From positions 9,792,587 through 9,856,586 of the forward strand of contig CM120648.1 in the NCBI GenBank assembly GCA_051362555.1: a stretch of DNA of 64,000 nucleotides, in the 5' to 3' direction. The notes beneath the pieces are model-generated. The model ran no database searches. It was not told the origin of the DNA and worked only from the letters and a program-made list of their open reading frames with translations. Positions 35,193 to 47,036 of the stretch are shown here, in pieces; positions within the stretch are counted from its first letter, which is position 1; each line of letters begins with the position of its first letter. The DNA is from Lingula anatina (Eukaryota; Animalia; Brachiopoda). Both the position numbers and the translations under genes were made by a program.

Positions 35193-38100
35193 AAAAAACA
35201 GAAAACAAAGAACCCCAATTCTCACGTACATTATATTACAAATGACGTCTTGATCTTCCCGTCTGAATTTTTTTTTTTCAGTTTAGAACATCACTAAAAG
35301 GTGCTGTCCTTTAAATGCTAAGGCTGGATATTTTTAGACCTTTCTCTTTTTAGCCAGTTCGAAGACTACTTCTTTCAAAGGGACCAAAAGATTTCTAGGG
35401 AGTTTTTATCCATCTGTTTTTGCTCATTCTAACAAAAGAAAAAATAGAATTTTAGCAACCACAGTGTAACCTTGAAGACTTTACCCGAATAGCATTTTAT
35501 ACATCTTATCCGAATAGAAATTCAATTTCCGTTATGTGTGAGAATACAGTAATTTCTAAATTCTAAAATTGATATTCATTCCCTGATAAAGGTGCTCTGA
35601 TGGACATAGAAATATTCATCCCTGACCGTTATATGTGAATTTTGAATTTGTACATTAATGGCTGAATAAACCCTTTTCTAATAATGTACATGTGCTCTAG
35701 TATTCACATACTTTTAGCCATGAATTGGTTTATACTTCTTTTGGGCATTGGCTCCTAAGGTCACTGCCACGCGGCGAGCTCTTGGCCTATTCGAGTATAA
35801 AATATATGATAGATACGGTAATTTATCCCTGAATTTGAAGAAAATTGATTTATTATTATTGTTTTTATTATTATTTTAATTATTATTATTATCAATTAGA
35901 TTTGACCAAAATACTTTATGTGTAACATAAAGATGTTAGCTAGAGCACCAGAAATAACTTTGCTGGGTTTTCACTGTTTTACTATTTTGTAAAAATAAAG
36001 TGCATAGGAAAGAACATTGCAGCGTTCGACTATTCGGCCTACAGAAGTGGCAACTCGACTGTGACGTACATTTTCAAATGCGTATTACAATTTTTAAAGA
36101 AAGTAGATTTTGCACAAAAAGAATATTTTGCGAGTAGTTAAAAATACGAATTTTGCATATGTATAAAAAAAACGTTTTGAATTAGCGGGTAGCTCGACAT
36201 CCGTGAGTAATTACCGTAATTTAATTGTATACAAGGTGTCCAGAAGTGCACCGCCATTGCTTGTCAACAAACGCACGTTGCCCCGGTGGTGACGTACGTA
36301 AAAGAATATATTTCAAGGCGTAACTGGCACGAGGAGGGCACATTAAATATACATATACTAATTGTCCCATTTGTAGCATTGTATTCTGCCCTGATAATAA
36401 GGCTGTTGCCAACATTTATATAAAAATATGTGCATTATCAATGTTATCATAGCATTTCATTTTGCGTGGTCTGATTTAGATGGATCCCCGAGGGTTTGAT
36501 CAATGTGTATTTGTGTGTTTTATACATTGTGTTTTTATGTCAGTTTAGTTTCGTTTTTGAATTAACTTTCAGTATTTTTTATGGATTAAAACTGCAAAAC
36601 CAGAGGGTTTAATTTGTGGACAAAAGTGGCAAAACACTCCCTTTTCTTTCTAATTACGTTCTCAGTGTTTATTGATTTTTTTTAGTTTTTTCTTATCAAA
36701 ATGTTACAAGATGTGCAGTTAATTTACATTAAATAGGAGATAGAGTAAGACGGAGAGTGAGAGAGAGAAACAGACGTAACATGGAGTTCTATGACTGGAC
36801 CGTTACTTTGCTGGGTATCGACCTGCAATCACTATCAATTTTAAAACTCTGAAACACAGACGAATTTTTTTCATTTTTAGATAATTATTGTTTACTGGCT
36901 TTTCGCAATTTTGCAATTGTGTTGTGTAAATACAATACTGCATATTTTGGTATATACGGAAAGGGCATATGCTCCCGACCAAAAAAAAAAAAATAGTTCG
37001 GAAACATGGAATTGTTTTTCATTAATTAAAAAACTATGTAAAGTAGTGAGCAAAACTTAAGTGTATATAAAAGCGTAATGAATGGTGGGTGCATCAATAT
37101 TTTAAAAATTATTTACCTTAGCTAATATGGTTATTTTATAATTATTCAAAATAACTATCTTTCTGAACTGTCGAAAAATGTACGTCTAACTTTTAAACAC
37201 TGTACATACTCCTAGACTCATCTGAATACGCACTTTGGTCGAATGGTCAAGTATTTAAGGCGTTCACGCCAAAAATAATTCATTCAATTTACCACAATAG
37301 AAGAAAGGACTTGAAGGAAATGAAAATGCTAGTTTCAAGCTATCGGGTGCATTACAGAAAGAAAACGTCCTCATAAAATACTGCATAAAAACACTAGGAG
37401 TGGTCTAACGTTAATCTATAACGTGAGCGCACCGACACAAATCATTCTTCTGTGCGGTTTATGGTTTAATTTGACAGGCGGACCTTGTGACAGAAACTCT
37501 ATGATTGACGGTTTCCATATCATTAGAATTTTCTCTTTTAAATTTTTGAAAGTTCAAATCCATAGGAGACACCCTGAGCCTCAGAATCTCTCCCATATGA
37601 TTTATCGACAAGTCAGCGGTTATTCCCGAGGGATGGGCTAAGTTTTGAGGATTGTGAGAAATATAAGTCCACCACCACCCCACCCCCCACCCCCGCGGGA
37701 TTCATCAGGGCCACCTTAATTAGTATACAGGGTAACACAATTATATATCTAAGGGAATAAGTACAGGGTCAATTCACGTAGGGTCAGGCTTCATGAATGA
37801 CAATTGCCTTTTGAGATCTCGCGTCTAATGTTTTTACGTTCGCCGCATGAAATCGCCGTTCGAGTCCTTAATTCGGCGTTCGCGATCACCAACCCGTGGC
37901 TCAAGATCGCGAACGGCAAATAGGCCTACGTTTGTAAGGCCTGATGACACCCTGTTTTAGCCATTTAGTGTCCCAGATGTTGCGTGTAACTAATATAGTA
38001 TAAACATGGTAGGTCGCATAGTGAATCGTTGATTCTCGGGGTACCTGCTACATAACATAGACCCTGTTACACGAAACTGGCGAGAGCTTGGGGGGCTGAT

Positions 38101-38960
38101 TTCGGCTTGCTCTCACAAATATGTAACAAAATCAAAAACCTGTTACATTTTTAGTGAGGTAATTATGAATCTCAATGAAGATGAATGAATTTGGTGTTTT
38201 TTGTCAAAGCCACAATTTTGAAGGCGGGGAGCTTGCAAAAATTTGTTCTGATCGGTTGCAAACCCGGTAGTGGAAAGACTTGTCAGTTGAGATTTTTAGC
38301 CTCAATATTTGCAGTGCAGCACCACAAATTTACATATATTCAAAATAATATGCAGAAACATGCTTTACCACAATAAAGGACTACGTATAACAATTTGATG
38401 ACTTTTTGATTTGCGTAAATTGGCAAAATAATTTATGATTTAGTGAGGTAATCATGAATCTCAATGAAGCAGAGAGAGAGAGAGAGAGGGAGAGAGAGAG
38501 AGAGAGAGAGAGATTGCAAATAGGGCCTAGCGTTGTCGGGTCTTGACAAAATTGTTGCAGTTCGAACATAAGTCATTGGGCTATATAATACACCCCTTCC
38601 ACCACATTCTTTGTAATACCCGCACTGTGCTGACCATTTTACGGTGGAAGGGCGGGGGGAAAGAGGATTCAAATCGAGCAACTTTTCATAACAATAACGG
38701 AAGGGGGGGGGGGGGGGGTTAGGTTCTCTCTTTACAATCAGATTTTTTTCTAGAGGAGAGAAAGAAAATTGGTGAGGATTTCAATCAAGAATACTAGTAT
38801 CTTGGGGACTAAAACAATGTTTGTTAAACCCGTCTGAACGCGACCTTGTAAACATAACATTACACTACCATTTTTATTTCCTATTTCATATAAATTGGGT
38901 GTAGTCAAGCGACTACGATATGAAGTCGGACGTGGAGGAGGGGGGGGGGGGGGGCTAAAA

Positions 38961-39037
38961 CGGGTGTGATAGGAATGGCAGTCCTGCTTGGAACCCCGGA
39001 CCTACATTCCTGGGACTACCATTCCTGTCACACCGGT
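38961..39037. repeat. Small hairpin/MITE in the promoter region of the repeat-lectin gene
   Basis: cgggtgtgataggaatggcagtcc ... ggactaccattcctgtcacaccgg inverted repeat. Confidence 0.7.
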
Positions 39038-39161
39038 ATCAAAACCCCAGACTGAACGGGACCTTGTATACATTACACTCCCCGGTTACATTCCAGTCCG
39101 TTGCCAACTACTGACAATGCTCGCTGCCTAGGGAAATACCATCTCATACATCATTAATGCA

Positions 39162-39197
39162 TATATAATATCTGCAATTGTGTACGTCGACACAGTC
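39162..39197 (+). promoter_or_regulatory. TATA box plus Inr-like CAGT of the repeat-lectin gene
   Basis: TATATAA at 39162, cacagtc ~30 bp downstream, ATG at 39231. Confidence 0.5.
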
Positions 39198-39230
39198 TCT
39201 TTGCTGGATTCCGATCAGAGGAGAGAGAGA

Positions 39231-40867
39231 ATGGATCCGAGAAGAGCTGTAGCGGTGACTTTTGCGCTCTTTCTTGCGCTCTCTTTGCTAGTCGCAGGCG
39301 CTGAGAGCACAACGAAATCGAGCAAAAAGTCATCGGCTAAGAGTCCTCCTAGTCTGCCTGGTAAGTTTGATAACTTTTCTTGCGTTGAATTTTTTCACTT
39401 TTTTTTTTTTGAAAATTTCAAATTTGATCGTACGAGGGGGGTGGGGTGGGGTGGCGGAATATTTTTTGCTGCATTTTACGTTTGAAATATTAAAAAAATT
39501 GATCAGGTAGACAGTCAGATAGACAGTCAAAATAATTTAATAGGATTATTGGTCTTTCCCAGTTTCTTTGGTCATCATTGCGATGTATTTACTTTAAGTA
39601 TGTTAAAAGTACAAAAACGATTTCAGACAAGTTAGTTTCTGCTCACTAACACACACACAAACAAACACACACACACACACACTTCATATATTTTCTTGTT
39701 TTATCTTTGCCACACTCAGATATTAAAAGCAAAACGTCGCCGAGGGAACAGTCTTCGGATTTAAGTCCTCCTTGTCCACAAGGTTGGTTTTGTAATTTTT
39801 TCTTTCATATCTCTGTGCTTGTTTCAAATTGTTTCAAGTATGGTCCTTTATATCATAGGCTTTTATATCAGTTGATTAGCTTTCCCCATTTTCCAACCGA
39901 TTTACATTTTTGTGCTAATTGTAAAAATTGAAACTTAAATAATAAAAGATAAAAAGTCGGCCAAATTGATTGAATAAGATTTTTGGTCATTTTCTGTTCT
40001 TCTGCTCTGTTCAGCGCTATTTTTACTATGTGCATAAAAGTAGAAAACGATTTTAGGTTGATCTCTGGTCGCATACGTGAAAAATGTCTTGCTTTTCCTT
40101 CAGATGAGATAGGAGTCGACGTTGAGGGACAGACGAAATCGAGCAAAAAGTCCTCAGCTAAAAGTCGACCTAGTCTATCAGGTAGGTTCGATAGTTTCTC
40201 TTTTTCACTCAATTCGCTAGCTTCAAAAAGAATAAAAACGATTTCTGATAATTTCTGGTCACGTAAATAATTTTTTTGTTTGCTCCCATTGTTAGGCGCA
40301 GACGTTGCGAGCAAAACGAAATCGAGCAAAAAGTCCTCTGCAAAAAGCCCTCCTAGTCAACCAGGTAGGTATATTTTTTTACTACTTTCGTTGTACGTTT
40401 TTTTGCTCTTTTTACAACCTTGAAAAGTTGAAGGTGAGAAAGAAGACGGATCGCATTAATACCAGTAATATATGTCACTCCCTTTAACGCTGTATTTTAC
40501 TCTTTTTTGTACTAATAAAGGTTAAATTTTATTAAAAGGCAAACATGTACAGTTCATGTAGAAAGTAGGTCATATAATTCAAATAGGAGTTTTGGTTATC
40601 CTCAGTTTTTTTTGCTCATCCTTGCCTTTACTGTGTAAAACTAGAAACTATTTTAGGTAAGTCTCTGGTCATGTACGTAAATATAAAAAAATTCTTGTTC
40701 TCCCTTCGGCTGAGCTAGCAGCAGATGTTGAGGGACAGACGAAATCGAGCAAGAAGTCTTCAGCTAAAAGTCATCCCAGCTTATCAGGTGTGTTTGATAA
40801 GTTTTTTGGTGTATTTTTCCCTTTTTTTGCTAGTTTTTAATTTTAAGTAAGCGTGTGTGTTAGTGTA

Positions 40868-40902
<35 letters not shown>

Positions 40903-43900
40903 GGACGCACGAAAGGCCTTCATGTCAGTAAGATACCCTCTACCAGGGTGGCAGATATTATAGCCACATATTCCACCAGCCAGTTAGAAGATTGACCATA
41001 TTTATCGAGACATACATATGAATATCTAGTGAAAAATCAATCAGTGGACTTGATAGAGGGTAGCAGTTAGATAGTTTCCTTCCCTTTTGGCTGAATGTTA
41101 CACTCATTTTTGCAAATTAGGAATATTTTAAATCTGAAAAAGAGCAAGTAAGTGTCAGTTATTTTGATTGAATAGATTTTTTAGTTATTTTCATTTTTCT
41201 TTGCATATCCCTTCGCTGGATTTACTATGTGTTACAGAAGTATAAAAACGATTTCTGATCATCTTCTGGTCATGTAAATAAATGTTTATTTTTGCTCTCT
41301 TTGCAAGGCGCAGATGTTGCGAGCAAAACTAAATCGAGCAAAAAGTCCTCCGCAAAAAGCTCTCCTAGTCAACCAGGTAGGTTTGACATTTTCACTTCTT
41401 TCGTTGCAGGTTTTTGCTTTCTTTGCAAGCTTAAAGTGTTGAAGTTGGGGGGAAAAAAGACAAAGAGCTTTCATATCGGTTAGATATCTCACTACCTTTT
41501 ACACTTCATTTTACACTTTTTTGTGCTAATAATGGTTTAATTGTATTAAAAGGCAAAAAATATACAGTTAAAGTAGAAAGTAGGCAATGTAATTCATATA
41601 TGATTTTTAGTTATTCTCTGTTTAGTTATTTCTGCTCCTGCCTGGGCAGTCTTTACTATGTGCGTAAAAAGGGTAAAATCGATTTTAAATGTGGCCACTT
41701 GGATAAATACTCATTTTTATTGTGCTTTCCTTGCTAGTCGCCAACGTAAAGAGCCAAACAAAATCGAGCAAAAAATCCTCAGCTAAAAGCCATCCTAGTC
41801 TGCCAGGTACGTTTGATATTTTTTCTTTCGTTGTACTTTTTCAGTCTCTTTGAAAGCTTTAAAATTTGATCGTAAGGGGGACGGGCAGGCGGGCGAATGG
41901 TCTTTAAATCAGTTAAATATTTCCATCCGTTTTTCGCTGCATTTTAGGTTTCATTTGGTGCGTAAATGTTGAAATGGAAAAAAGTCAAAACACTCACATT
42001 GATTAAACAGGATTATTGGTCATTTTCATTTTCTGTGGTCATCTTTGCAATGGCATTACTGAGTGTGTAAAAAGTAGAAAGGGGGTTTCGGACAAGCTTC
42101 TGCTCACTGACATAAATAAAAATTAATTTATCCTGTTGTCTCTTTGCCACAATCAGATATTAAAAGCAAAACGTCGCCGAGCGAAAAGTCTTCGGATATA
42201 AGTCCTCCTTGCCCACAAGGTAGGTGTTATAATTTTTTCATTTGTATCTCTGTGCTTTTTTTCTATTTTCGGGAATTCGCACCATAGGCCTTCATACATG
42301 TATCAGTTGAATAGCTTCCCCCCTTTTCCAACCAATTTACACTTCTGTACTAATTGTAAAAATTGAAACTTAAATAATAAATAAAATGTCAGCCGAATTG
42401 CTTGAATGAGATTTTTGGCCATTTTCTGTTCTTCTGCTCTTCTCAGCGCCATTTTAACTAAGTGCATGAAGGTGGAAAACGATTTTAAATAAAGCTCTGG
42501 TCGCATAAGTGAAAAATTTCTTGTTCTTCCTTCAGATGAGCTAGGAGCCGACGTTGAGGGACAGACGAAATCGAGCAAAAAGTCCTCAGCTAAAAGTCGA
42601 CCTAGTCTATCAGGTAGGTTCGATAATTTGTCTTTTTCACTCATTTCGCTAGCTACAAAATAAATAAATAAATAAATAAATAAAAAATAAAACGAATAAA
42701 TAAAAAATAAAACGAATAAAATAAACAAATAAAATAATAAGAAGAAGATAAATAAATATTAAATATATAAAAACGATTTTTGATTATCTTCTGGTCACAT
42801 AAATATTTTTTGTTTACTTACTTTGCTAGGCGCAGATGTTGCGAGCAAAACGAAATCGAGCAAAAAGTCCTCCGCAAAAAGCCCTCCTAGTCAACCAGGT
42901 AGGTTTGACAATTTCACTTCTTTCGTTGCATGTTTTTTGCTCTCTTTGCAAGCTTAAAGTGTTGAAGTTGGGGGAAAAAACAGACAAAGAGCTTTCATAT
43001 CGGTTAGATATCTCACTACCTTTTACACTTCATTTTACACTTATTTGTGCTAATAATGGTTTAATTATATTAATAGGCAAAAATATACAGTTAAGGTAGA
43101 AAGTAGGTCATATAATTCAACTAGGATTTTTGGTTTTTCTCCGTTTTTCTGCTCCTGCCTGCGCTGTCTTTACGATGTGCGTAAAAAGCATAAATTCAAT
43201 TTCAAATGTGGCCACGTAGATAAAAACTCATTTTTATTGTGCTTTCTTTGCTAGTCGCAGGCGTAAAGAGCCAAACAAAATCGAGCAAAAAGTCTTCAGT
43301 TAAAAGTCATCCTAGTCTGTCAGGTACGTTTGATAATTTTTTCTTTCGTTGTACTTTTTCACCCTCTTTAGAAAGCTTTAAAATTTGAGCGTAAGGGGCG
43401 GGCGAATGGTCTTCAAATCAGTTAAATATTTTCATCCGTTTTTCGCTGCATTTTACCTTTTTGTCTTAATTTGTCTTTCGATGTATTTTCACTCATTTCA
43501 CTAGCTTCAAATTTTGAGTGAGCGTGTGTGTGTGTGTGTGTGGGGGGGGGGGGGGGGCGCACGAGAGGCCTTCATGTCAGTTAGATAGTTTCCTCCCCTT
43601 TTGGCAGAATTTTAGCTATTTTGTTCAAATTAAAAATATTAAGTTTAAAAAAACAACTACAATGTCAGTTGTTTTGATAAAATAGTATTTCTTTTAGTTA
43701 TTCTTAGTTTTCCTTGCATCTCCCTGCGTCACAAGTTGACTTACCTTTGCGTACAGGAGGTATAAACACAATTTCTGATAATCTTCTGGTAACGTAAATA
43801 ATTTCTTTTGTTTACTTACTTTGCTAGGCGCAGATGTTGCGAGCAAAACGAAATCGAGCAAAAAGTCCTCCGCAAAAAGCCCTCCTAGTCAACCAGGTAG

Positions 43901-44780
43901 GTTTGACATTTTCACTTCTTTCGTTGCATGTTTTTGCTCTCTTTGCAAGCTTCAAGTGTTGGAGATGGGAAAACAGACGAAAAGTTTTCATATCGGTTAG
44001 ATATCTCAGTCCTTTTTACACTGCATTTTACGCTTTTTTTGTGCTTATAATGGTTTTTAATTAAAATTGTATTAAAAGGCAAAAATATACAGTTAAGGTA
44101 GGAAGTAGGCAATATAATTCAAATAGGATTTATGGTTATTCTCCGTTTTTCTGCTCCTGCCTGCGCAGTCTTTACGATGTGCGTAAAAAGCATAACATCG
44201 ATTTCAAATGTGGCTCATAGATAAATACTCATTTCTATTGTGCTTTCCTTGCTAGTCGCCAACGTAAGGAGCCAAACGAAATCGAGCAAAAAGTCTTCAG
44301 CTAAAAGTCATCCTAGTCTGCCAGGTACGTTTGATAATTTTACTTTCGATGTATTTTTCACTCATATCGCCAGCTTCAATTTCTGAGGGGGAGGGTGTGG
44401 TGACGGGATCGCACGCCAGGTCTTCATTACTGAAGATACCTTCCTTTTATGCTGCGCTTTAATTTTTTTTTTTTTTTTGTAAAAAACTCAGGTAGACAGT
44501 CATTCGTATTGTTTAGATAGGATTTTGGTCATACTAAGATTTTTCTGCTCATCCCTGCGCTGTGTGTAAAAATATTAAAACGATTTCGATAAAGCTTGTG
44601 GTCACGTAGATAAAAATTCATCTTTTCTTGTGCTCTCTTTTCTAGTCGCAGATATAAGTAGAAAAACGAAATCAAGCAAAAAGTCCTCAGCTGGAAGTCA
44701 TCCTAGTCTAAAAGGTAAGTTGGATTTTCTTTTTTTGTATCCTTCATATCGCTCATTTAGCTAGCTTAAAATATTGTGTT

Positions 44781-44836
<56 letters not shown>

Positions 44837-47036
44837 GAGGGGGGGGGGTGGCACGATGTCCCTTTATATCAGTAAAAAAGCCCCCACCCCCCTCATCTTC
44901 ACTGTAGTTTCTTGTGTGTTTATTAAAAACATGGAAGGGTTAACAAAAAGAGCAAGTAGAAGGGCATTTGATTAAATTGGATTGTGGTCATGCTCAATTT
45001 TTCTTCTCATCCCTGTACTGGCTTCACTATAAGTGTAAAATAGAAAACGATTTCAGATAAGCTTGTGGGTAAGTAGTTAAATCTCCATTTTTTATGGTCT
45101 CTTTGTCAGCTGCAGATATAGGAAGCAAAACGAAATCGAGCAGAAAGTCCTCAGTAAAAAGTCTGCCAGGTAGGTTTGGTAATTTTTTATTACGTACGTT
45201 GTTATTTTCGCTCTCTTCGCAAGCTTCAAGTGCTAAAGGTGGGAAATTTAACGAATGACCGTCACATCGTTTAGATTTTTGAGGATTCATGTTGATTCAC
45301 CGTATAGATCTTGATAAAAATAGAAGTATATATATTGATGCACCTTGAAAGATATTCCCCGAAGAAGGCCCAGGGACCGAAAGCTCGGATTGTATTTAAC
45401 AACTATAATGTAGATCTTTCAAGGTGCATCAATATATATACTTCTATCGGTTAGATTTATTCCTTTCTTCGCTACATTTTACGTTTCATTGTGTGCTCAT
45501 AATTGTGAACGTTGAAAGTTAAAAAATGAAAATCTGGTAAGCAGCCGTATTGATTTTATTTTATTTTTATTATGAGTTTAAAAAACAAAAAATGATTACA
45601 GAGAAGCTTTTGTCCACGTAGATAAATATATCTTTGTTGTGCTCTCTTTGACTAGTCGCAGATAAAAAGAGTAAAACGAAATCGAGCAAAAAGTCCTCGG
45701 CGCAAGGTCCTCCTGATCTACCAGGCAAGTTTCATAGCTTTTCCATTTTTTTAAATTTTCTTTGGGAAAGGAAACCGTTCAACTGGCCTTCATATCAGTT
45801 AAATTTTTGTTGCTGTATTTTTACATACTTAAGGCTAATTCTAAATATTGAAAGTTGAAAAAAATAATGATAAGGCAGAAAGTCAGTCGCGTGGGATCGG
45901 CTTAATCACCCCTTAGCTGTTCGAGGAGGCGTGTCAGACAATTAAGCCGACCCCACTGAGTGCACTTAGCGAGAATCCCTCGCAGAGTTGAACCGACCGA
46001 GTTGGTGTGATGTGCAGGGGGGGGGGGGGGGGGGGAGGGGGGCGAACGAACTGCCCTTTTTAACGGGAAAGGGTCCACACTGGGTAAAATTCGATCTGGG
46101 TACACGACGGTTTTTCACAGTAAAAAGACCACTTTTTTCGGAAAGAAACCCCTCTCAAATTGCTGGCTATGGGCCTGTCACATGGCAGGTTCTTCAATTT
46201 CATCGTAATCTTTCCAGCCTCCACAAAGAAAGGACGATTGGACTGCGACTGTCACGGAGATTACAGGACGGAATGTTGCGTAGGTCACCCGGTTAAAGAC
46301 ATCACACTGGTCACTCAGCGTCCGGAGAAAGTGACCGATAGCGTGTGCGTCCCAGGGTTGATGTACGGCTTGGCAGAGGACAGGATCTATGTAAAAGGAT
46401 GCAAGGGGCAGTTCCAAGTCAGTTTCCAGTGTCAGAAAGTCAAAACACGTAAGTACAAACACCCCCTCCAAGAATAAAACAGTACTTTTTCTCTCTCTCT
46501 CAGCAGCTGGTATTTTCATTTAGTTGTGCATTAAAGATAAATTTGAAATCAATTTTTGCATCAAAAGCCGACCAAATTCTACCATACAAGTATAGTTTCA
46601 TATAGTATAACTTGGAGATATGGCAAAATACATCGTTTCATATTACCCCCCAAAAAATTATGGCAGATTAGTGATTTTTCCTTTTACCTCTGGTCATGAC
46701 GACTTAATCTGAGTCGTATAAGAAATTACTAGAAGTGGTTTACATGCGTAATTGGAAAACCATGCTCACCGTTTTCGTATCTAATTTTTTTCGTTCTTAG
46801 GTTCCGTAAAATGTAAAAGCATCAACTGGTCATTCAACGAATGTGAAGTTGAAGGTATGATTATCGACATCTTTGCCAAGAAAGAATTAAACGCTAAGAA
46901 AGGGAAGAAGGAGCCCTGTTTCTCAGCTTGCGTGCAGGGCAGAAGTTTCGGTTACCACGGCAACAAAATCTGGGTCGCCAACAACTGCTCTGCGGTATTC
47001 CGGGTGACGTATTGTGCGGACCAAAAATCATGCTGA
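39231..47036 (+). CDS. Secreted Ser/Lys-rich repeat protein with two C-terminal DUF3011/ADEL-lectin-like domains (18 exons: 39231-39360, 39720-39782, 40104-40181, 40296-40364, 40719-40787, 41308-41376, 41738-41806, 42157-42219, 42536-42613, 42830-42898, 43255-43323, 43828-43896, 44256-44324, 44646-44714, 45110-45169, 45656-45724, 46218-46448, 46801-47036)
   Basis: Signal peptide MDPRRAVAVTFALFLALSLLVAGAES. Fifteen internal exons of 60-78 nt, each with polypyrimidine+AG and a GT (one GC) donor, all phase 1-1. Terminal exons encode C.C.....ECC..ITLVTQ..C..G..YG....IYVKGCKGQF and CKS....ECE..C.QGRSFGY....IWVANNCSAVF*. AATAAA at 47221. Confidence 0.88.
45321..45446 (+). mobile_element. Penelope-like remnant: 33-bp perfect inverted repeat around a degenerate hammerhead motif
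   Basis: tagaagtatatatattgatgcaccttgaaagat (45321-45353) and atctttcaaggtgcatcaatatatatacttcta (45414-45446). The spacer contains cCGAAGAaggcccagggaccGAAAgctcgg. Confidence 0.55.

Noticed and set aside
37785-37943. CAGGC..GCCTG-bounded MITE candidate
   Set aside because: The TIR is short and imperfect and there is no matching TSD, so it is not reported as a feature.
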